From positions 12,214,001-12,278,000 of the forward strand of contig NC_135825.1 in assembly GCF_964213995.1 (NCBI RefSeq): DNA of 64,000 nucleotides. Reading direction: 5' to 3'. The translations under genes and the position numbers were made by a program. This stretch comes from Mustelus asterias. Lineage: Eukaryota. Positions 11,601 through 20,600 of the stretch are shown one piece after another (the stretch's first letter is position 1; every line of letters begins with the position of its first letter). The notes under the pieces were generated by a model. It worked only from the letters and a program-made list of their open reading frames with translations, was not told the DNA's origin and made no database searches.

Positions 11601-14600
11601 ACTACTAACACGAATACACCAGTTCAGACTGAAGGGGTCCTGCCGGAGCAGGGGGTCTTATACCTCGCCACCGGAGGCGGGACCCCACTGGAATGTGCCA
11701 TGATAACTCTTATAACAGGTAAACACCCTAACCCAACAACATTGTACAACCCCCACAGTAACAACACCCTAGCCCAACAGTAACATAATAACAACCCCCA
11801 GTGGTGAACCAACGATGGTTCACCACATTCACCCCTCCTTTAAGAACAAAAGGTGGCGGGGTGCAAGAAAAAACAGGTCATATAAACAGAATTCACAAGT
11901 CCAGACGGTCTGGAGGACCGCACCGACGCTGTGATCTCCTCAACACCGGTTGCGAAACCGGAGCAGGTGCTTGCGGTGGCGTTCTTTCCAAAACAACGTC
12001 TGGCTGTCCCCTCAAGGACTCCAGGGCCGGTTGGCCCTGGTGAGGCGATGGTGCAGGGGATCCTGGAACCTTTGGTGGTGGTGGTGGTGGTGATGATGGT
12101 CGCGCCGATCTCCCGAGTCTCAGGCAAGCTGTACATGGGAGTAAAAGTGTTATGCACTGGTCCCGGTGCTGACCGCGCCACGTCTCGGGAAGCAATGAGG
12201 AGTAGTGGATTCGTGACTGGGGGAATAGGAGCGACAGGAGTTGCTACGTCCCCTGCGGGCGCCAGGTCTCTAATGGAGACAGTGTCCTCTCGCCCGTCAG
12301 GATATGCCACATAGGCATACTGAGGGTTGGCGTGGAGGAGTTGGACCGGTTCGACCAAGGGGTCGGACCTGCGAGCCCTCACATGTCGCCGCAGAAGGAC
12401 GGGTCCTGGGTACGTCAACCAGGCTGGCAATGAGGTTCCCGAGGACGACTTCCGAGGGAATGAGAACATCCTCTCGTGGGGAGTAGCATTGGTTGCCGTA
12501 CACAGGAGGGAGCGGATAGAATGGAGTGCCTTTGGAAGGACCTCCTGCCAACGGGAGACTGGAAGGCCCCTGGATTTCAGTGCCAGTAGGACAGCCTTCC
12601 AGACTGTAGCATTCTCCCTTTCCACCTGTCCGTTACCCCTAGGGTTGTAGCTCGTGGTTCTACTAGAGGCAATCCCGAATGAGAGCAGGAATTGCCTCAA
12701 GTCGTTGCTCATGAACGACGAGCCCCTGTCGCTATGAATGTAGCAGGGGTACCCGAACAGGGTAAAAAGCTCACTGAATGCCTTGATGACGGTGGCAGTC
12801 GACGTGTCCGCACAGGGGACAACAAACGGAAACCGGGAATACTCGTCTATTATGTTGAGGAAATAGACATTCCGGTCCGTTGAGGGAAGGGGGCCCTTAA
12901 AATCCACACTCAGCCTCTCAAAAGGGCGAGTGGCCTTGACCAATTGTGCCCGGTCTGGTCGATAAAAGTGTGGTTTGCATTCTGCGCAAATCCGACAGCT
13001 TCTCGTCACTGACCTGACATCCTCCACCGAGTAGGGCAGGTTGCGGGCTTTGACGAAGTGGTAGAGTCTGGTGACTCCAGGATGACACAGATCATTGTGG
13101 AGAGCCTTCAAGCGGTCCTCCTGCATGATGGCGCATGTTCCGCGCGAGAGGGCATCCGAGGACTCATTGAGCTTCCCTGGACGATACATAATATCGTAAT
13201 TATAGGTGGAGAGCTCAATTCTCCACCGCAAGATCTTATCGTTCTTGATCTTGCCCCTCTGCGTGTTGCTGAACATAAACGCCACGGATCGTTGATCCGT
13301 GATCAGGGTGAACCGCTTCCCTGCCAGGTAATGGCGCCAGTGTCTGACTGCCTCCACAATGGCCTGAGCCTCCTTCTCCACCGCTGAGTGCCGAATTTCG
13401 GGGCCTTGAAGGGTGCGGGAAAAGAACGCGACGGGCCTGCCTGCCTGGTTTAGTGTGGCGGCTAGGGCGAAATCAGATGCATCACTCTCCACCTGGAAAG
13501 GGATGGATTCATCCACTGCGTGCATCGTGGCTTTCGAGATGTCGCTTTTCAAAGCCTTGAAGGCCAATTGGGCCTCCGGCGTAAGTGGGAAGGTCGTGGA
13601 CTTAATGAGCGGACGAGCTTTGTCCGCGTAGTTGGGGACCCACTGTGCATAATACGAAAAGAACCCGAGGCATCTCCTCAGTGCTTTCGTGCTAGCGGGC
13701 AAGGGAAGTTCAGTAAGTGGGCGCATACGGTCTGGATCAGGGCCAATGACCCCGTTTTCCACCACGTATCCGAGGATGGCTAACCTACGCGTACGGAATA
13801 CGCACTTCTCCCTGTTATAGGTCAGATTCAGGCGAGATGCAGTGCGCAGAAAGTGTTGGAGATTCGTGTCGTGGTCCTGCTGGTCATGGCCGCAGATGGT
13901 GACGTTATCCAGGTACGGGAAGGTAGCCCGCAACCCGTTCTGGTCCACCATTCGGTCCATAGCACGCTGGAAGACCGAGACCCCATTGGTGACACCAAAT
14001 GGAACCCTGAGGAATTGGTATAGACGACCATCCGCCTCAAAAGCCGTATATTGTCGGTCCTCTGGGCGGATGGGGAGTTGATGGTAGGCGGACTTAAGGT
14101 CTATGGTAGAAAACACTCGGTACTGCGCAATCTGATTGACCATATCAGAAATGCGCGGGAGAGGATACGCATCCAGCTGCGTATAACGATTAATGGTCTG
14201 ACTATAGTCGATGACCATCCGAGGTTTGTTCCCGCTTTTGACTACCACGACCTGCGCTCTCCACGGACTAGCACTGGCCTGTATGATCCCTTCCTTGAGG
14301 AGCCGCTGAACCTCAGATCTAATAAAGATCCGGTCCTCAGCGCTGTAACGCCTACTTTTAGTAGCGATGGGCTTGCAGCCAGGTACCAGATTTTTAAAAA
14401 GGGATGGTGTAGTGATTTTCAGGGTGGATAGATTGCATGCAGGGCGCTTTGGGCAATTTGGAGGCTGCGGCTGATTCCCTACTGCCAGTGAAGGGAGTGG
14501 CCCACCGTACTGTAGGATCACACTCTTCATGTGGACCATAAAGTTTAGTCCGAGGAGAATTGGCGCGCAAAGGTGAGGTAACACAAGGAGCCTGTATTGC

Positions 14601-17600
14601 TCGTAAATTGTGCCCTGTACCTCAAGAGTTACCATACATCGTCCTTGGATCGGTACAGACCGGGACCGTGATGCCATGGAAATTTTCTGCTTGGCAGGGA
14701 GAACCCGGAGTCCACACCTTTTAGCAGTTTCAGGGTGTATGAAACTTTCGGTGCTCCCACTGTCAAACAGACAATTCACAGTTCGACCACTAACCTTTAT
14801 ATCCATCATGGAATTTTCATGTCTGTAGTGCCTGGTCTGGTCCAGGGAGATCGACGCCACCGTTGGCCCCTGGGCGTCACTGCATGCTGCCGATGTGGAT
14901 GCTGAGGACCCCTGCTGGTCGCTCCTAGTCGTCGTGGACCATGATGGCCGCCCCCATGAATCGCACATGGGCGAGGGCGCCAAGTGCAGCGACTCCTGGT
15001 GGTCTTCCTCCTCCTCCGTCAGCCACGATGGCGCCATCCTGGGATCGCACGTGGTCGGACCTCGTGGGTACTGCGACGCTGAAGGAGATTGTCTCCGTTC
15101 TGGAGGGTTACAAGCTGCACTGCCGTTTTTAGGCTTGGACCTGCAGACTTTGCCGTAGTGGCCTTTTTTACCGCACTGGCTGCAGATTGCCGTTCTTGCC
15201 GGACACTGTTGCCGTGGATGCTTGGCCCCACCACAAAAATAGCATCGCTGGCCACCTGGAGCTGCCGCCGTCGTCGGATCGATCTGGGAGCGCGGGTTAG
15301 CGGGGCGAGGAGGGAGCTGAGCTTGCTCCAGCCACGTTGACTGCACGTGGTCCTCGGGGTACAGCGCCAAGCTCTTCGACGCCGCTTCCAGCATCACGGC
15401 CATCTCCATTGCTTGGGTCAAGTCGAGTTTCCCCTTTTCCAGCAATTTAAGCCTGATGTACGAGGACCCTACCCCTGCTACGAACGCGTCTCGGGCGAGG
15501 TCGTACATATATTGTTCGGCTGATACGTCTTTACAATCGCAACCCCTGGCAAGCTGCAGGAGCTCATTGGCGTAGTCCTCCATGGTTTCGCCCGACTGCC
15601 AACGTCGTGTAGCGAGGAGGTAACGAGCATGTATCTCGTTGGGTGGCTTCGTGTATCTTTTTTTTAGGAGCTCGACGGCACCCGGGTAAGTGGGAGCTGC
15701 ACGAATGGCGAGATAAATCATGTCGCTTACCCTTGCGTGGAGGACCTGGAGTTTATCACTGTCTGTAGTGATAGCTACTGAGGCTGCCAGGTAGTCCTCG
15801 AAACACTTCCACCAATGGTCGAATGTGTTAGCTGCACCGACCGCACGTGGGTCCAGTGTCAGACGATCCGCTTTTAAGATCTGTTCCATACTCTCTTTTT
15901 TTTTGTACAGCTGTGAGTTTTCTGTTACACAATAAAATTGATGCGCAACAATTAAGCACGTGGAACCAAGGCTTCGATATTGAAGGCTTTTATTGTGTAA
16001 CAATGGAACTACTAACACGAATACACCAGTTCAGACTGAAGGGGTCCTGCCGGAGCAGGGGGTCTTATACCTCGCCACCGGAGGCGGGACCCCACTGGAA
16101 TGTGCCATGATAACTCTTATAACAGGTAAACACCCTAACCCAACAACATTGTACAACCCCCACAGTAACAACACCCTAGCCCAACAGTAACATAATAACA
16201 ACCCTCAGTGGTGAACCAACGATGGTTCACCACAGTTTCCATGGAGATTTTTATGATCATTTGGAACATTTGGAATATTGTGTCCAATTCTGGTCACCAC
16301 ACAACCAGAAGGATGTGGAGGCTTTGGAGAGAGTGCAGAAAAGGTTGACCAGGATGTTGCCTGGTATGGAGGGTATTACCTATGAGGAGAGTTTGAATGA
16401 GCTGGGATTGTTCTCCCTGGAAAGACAGAGGCTGAGGGGCAACCTGAGAGAAGTTTATAAAATTATGAGAGGTGTGGATAGAGTGAACAGTTGGAAGCTT
16501 TTTCCCAGGCAGAAATGACAATTAGAAGGACGCACAAGTTCAAGATAACGGGGGAAAGATTCAGTGGAGATGTGCGGGAGAACTTTTTTACACAGAGGGT
16601 GGTGGGCGCCTGGAATGCACTGCCAAGTGAGGTGGTTGAGGCACTTATATTAGCTATATTTAAGGTTTTATCTTGGTAGACGTATGAACAAACAGGGAAT
16701 AGAGGAATATAAGCATTGGTAAACGTGATCAGCGCAGGAAGGGCCTGTTCCTGTTCTGTACTGTTCTTTGTTCTTTGTTCTTTGATCCCTTTAAGGGGCT
16801 TTCACCATATTGGATTATTTAATTGTTTAATTTGCCGATTTGTTAACTTTTAATCTGTCAGCTTCACCCTGAATTTTCATAAGACCATAAGACCATAAGA
16901 CATAGGAGCGGAAGTAAGGCCATTCGGCCCATCGAGTCCACTCCACCATTCAATCATGGTTGATTTCAACTCCATTTACCCGCTCTCTCCCCATAGCCCT
17001 TAATTCCTCGAGAAATCAAGAATTTATCAATTTCTGTCTTGAAGACGCTCAACGTCTCGGCCTCCACAGCCCTCTGTGGCAATGAATTCCACAGACCCAC
17101 CACTCTCTGGCTGAAGAAATTTCTCCTCATCTCTGTTCTAAAGTGACTCCCTTTTATTCTAAGGCTGTGCCCCCGCGTCCTAGTCTCCCCTGTTAATGGA
17201 AACAACTTCCCTACGTCCATCCTATCTAAGCCGTTCATTATCTTGTAAGTTTCTATCAGATCTCCCCTCAACCTCCTAAACTCCAATGAATATAATCCCA
17301 CGATCCTCAGACGTTCATCGTATGTCAGGCCTACCATTCCTGGGATCATCCGTGTGAATCTCCGCTGGACCCGCTCCAGTGCCAGTATGTCCTTCCTGAG
17401 GTGTGGGGCCCAAAATTGCTCACAGTACTCCAAATGGGGCCTAACCAGTGCTTTATAAAGCCTCAGAAGTACATCCCTGCTTTTGTATTCCAAGCCTCTT
17501 GAGATAAATGACAACATTACATTTGCTTTCTTAATTACGGACTCAACCTGCAAGTTTACCTTTAGAGAATCCTGGACTAGGACTCCCAAGTCCCTTTGCA

Positions 17601-20600
17601 CTTTAGCATTATGAATTTTGTCACCGTTTAGAAAATAGTCCATGCCTCTATTCTTTTTTCCAAAGTGTACAACCTCGCACTTGCCCACGTTGAATTTCAT
17701 CAGCCACTTCTTGGACCACTCTCCTAAACTGTCTAAATCTTTCTGCAGCCTCCCCACCTCCTCAATACTACCTGCCCCTCCACCTATCTTTGTATCATCG
17801 GCAAACTTGGCCAGAATGCTCCCAGTCCCGTCATCTAGATCGTTAATATATAAAGAGAACAGCTGTGGCCCCAACACTGAACCCTGCGGGACACCACTTG
17901 TCACCGGTTGCCATTCTGAGAAAGAACCTTTTATCCCAACTCTCTGCCTTCTGTCTGACAGCCAATCGTCAATCCATGTTAGTACCTTGCCTCGAATACC
18001 ATGGGCCCTTATTTTACTCAGCAGTCTCCCGTGAGGCACCTTGTCAAAGGCCTTTTGGAAGTCAAGATAGATAACATCCATTGGCTCTCCTTGGTCTAAC
18101 CTATTTGTTATCTCTTCAAAGAACTCTAACAGGTTTGTCAGGCACGACCTCCCCTTACTAAATCCATGCTGACTTGTCTTAATCCGACCCTGCACTTCCA
18201 AGAATTTAGAAATCTCATCCTTAACGATGGATTCTAGAATTTTGCCAACAACTGAGGTTAGGCTAATTGGCCTATAATTTTCCATCTTTTTTCTTGTTCC
18301 CTTCTTGAACAGTGGGGTTACAACAGCGATTTTCCAATCCTCTGGGACTTTCCCTGACTCCAGTGACTTTTGAAAGATCATAACTAACGCCTCCACTATT
18401 TCTTCAGCTATCTCCTTTAGAACTCTAGGATGTAGCCCATCTGGGCCCGGAGATTTATCAATTTTCAGACCTTTTAGTTTCTCTAGCACTTTCTCCTTTG
18501 TGATGGCAACCATATTCAACTCTGCCCCCTGACTTTCCTGAATTGTTGGGATATTACTCATGTCTTCTACTGTGAAGACTGACGCAAAGTACTTATTAAG
18601 TTCCTCAGCTATTTCCTTGTCTCCCATCACTAGATTACCAGCGTCATTTTGGAGCGGCCCAATGTCTACTTTTTGCTTTATTTGAAAGAAGCACAAACTG
18701 ACACATTGCGGATACATCTGGATGTTGGGAGTTTGACTGGCTTCCCAACATATTGTCAATTTCTGTGTATTTAACCCCCTCTGTGCTCCCCCACCCACCC
18801 CCACAGCCCCACCATTCAGCGCTAAACCAACAAGGTACAATTACTACCAACTGGCTGCTCACTTCACTTTGTTAATGTCTGACGATTGGATTGATCTGGA
18901 CTGTAAAAATCTGACAGTGTGATATTTAAGACATTTCAGAGACAGGAAAATATTCTGAGCATCGCGGGTAATGTCTTTCACAATATCCTGCAGTTAAAGG
19001 AATTGTTTGTCTGATTATGTTTGAAGTTCTTGATCAGAATGTTGGACAGGCCACGAATTGAGTTTGTGTCACAAGAGTCGGATTTCCAGATCTCTGCCCT
19101 CTAGCTGCCAGACTCTGCATTGCTGCAGAGCCTCGGGATATCGGAGCTGTCAATGTTTCCTTGTGGATAAAACATGGATCAGACATTTCAGTAATAAAGA
19201 AAATCATTCAGAATAATGTACCGTAAGATATTTGCAGCTCCACGGTTACCTTTGGATGTAAGTCAGGTATATCAATTCCACAGCGATACCATCCTGCATC
19301 TCCTGAGCGAAGATCCTCCATCGTAACAGCAAATATTCCTTGTGCCTTGTTATCTGTGATCGACATTCTCCCTCGCCGTCCATCTGGATCATCCGTTCTC
19401 ACTAAATATGAGCACTGTTCAGTCCAACCGTGACACCAATATTTCACGTTTTGTTTGTATTTCCCTTTATAATTGCAATTTATTGTGATCGATCTTCCCA
19501 CAATTCCTGTGACTTTCTTTTCTGCCCACAATGCACCTGAAACTGAGGAGACAACATTTCAGCAATTGACCAAGTAAATAACTGCTTCATACAGAGAGAA
19601 ACATTTTAATAAGATTTACCACTGTGTACAGAGGAAACTCTCCAATACCTGTATTCATCATTCTCTTTCTAGTTTGTGATCAATGAAAACATGAATATAG
19701 AGCCGTGCTGTCAGTGCCAAAGTACTTCACTGACAATGATTTCTTGTTATGTACAGTGGCCATTGTTATTGTGTCACCTTGTCACTCAAGCTTTGCACTG
19801 GCGCCTCTGAATGGGTGGATTGCAGGGTCAGGTCCCACTCCAGAGACTGGAGTATAAAATCTACACTAACATTCCAGTGTAATACTGAGGGACAAGATGG
19901 CTCAGATTTTCCTCCCTCAGTCATGTTCAAAGAGCTCGGTGATGCCATTCAGGTGAAAGGTTCATCTGACACCCAGGTCTGGAGGTTCCCTGTCATGGAG
20001 AAAATCCCGGGAATGGCTGGAATTTCAAAGTCCTAAGAGTGGGAGCGGGACTGGAATCAGGCTGCATACACAATTCGTGGAGGCGAATTGTCATTAAATT
20101 CAACACCTGCCTTGATTTAAGTGAGATTTTGGATGAACAGGAGTGTGGAATCCGGTGTGTGCAGATTAGAATAGTTAAGAGAAGGTTTGAACTTGGTGGA
20201 TTCTTATGGACAGCCAGGGTATGCCTTCTGGACAGGAAAGTTACTCTTTGGAAGAGGAAAGTTACTCTTTGGGAGGGGAAAGTTACTCTTTGAGGGGGGA
20301 AAGTTCCTCTTTGTGGGGAGAAATTTATTCTTTGGGACAAACTCTGGTGAGTGGTCAGGGCCAGAGTGATTATCTGGTTGTTTCAATTATTCTATTTATT
20401 AACCATGGCGCTGGGGCACAGAAACAGGCCTTGTGTCCAGCTCACCTCCGGGCTGAGCAGCCTGTGGATTTGTTCCTGGGTCACCCGTCTCGATTCATTT
20501 TTTAATGCCTTTCCTGACTCAATGAACACGACCCAGGGATGAGATGAGGAGATTGTTTTCACTCAAGGTGTTGGGAATCTTTGGAATTCTCCACCGCAGA

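Larger units (their letters stand above)
11532..16234 (-). mobile_element. Full-length Ty3/Gypsy LTR retrotransposon (copy A)
   Basis: 296-bp LTRs at 11532-11827 and 15939-16234 (TG...CA), 5-bp TSD GTTTC, PPT AAAGGAGGGGTGAA next to the 3' LTR, single gag-pol ORF. Confidence 0.97.

Noticed and set aside
18677-18840. N-terminal ~55 aa of the 624-aa ORF
   Set aside because: Flanking intron read in frame by chance; the CR1 starts at 18676, as the empty site in copy B shows.
8176-19560. Rearranging antigen-receptor V segments (Ig/TCR/IgNAR)
   Set aside because: The V exons are complete through the G strand and end in splice donors. No heptamer-spacer-nonamer RSS follows them and no J segments were seen.
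20234-20335. CRISPR-like or coding interpretation of short tandem repeats
   Set aside because: Eukaryotic context, no unique spacers; a simple minisatellite.
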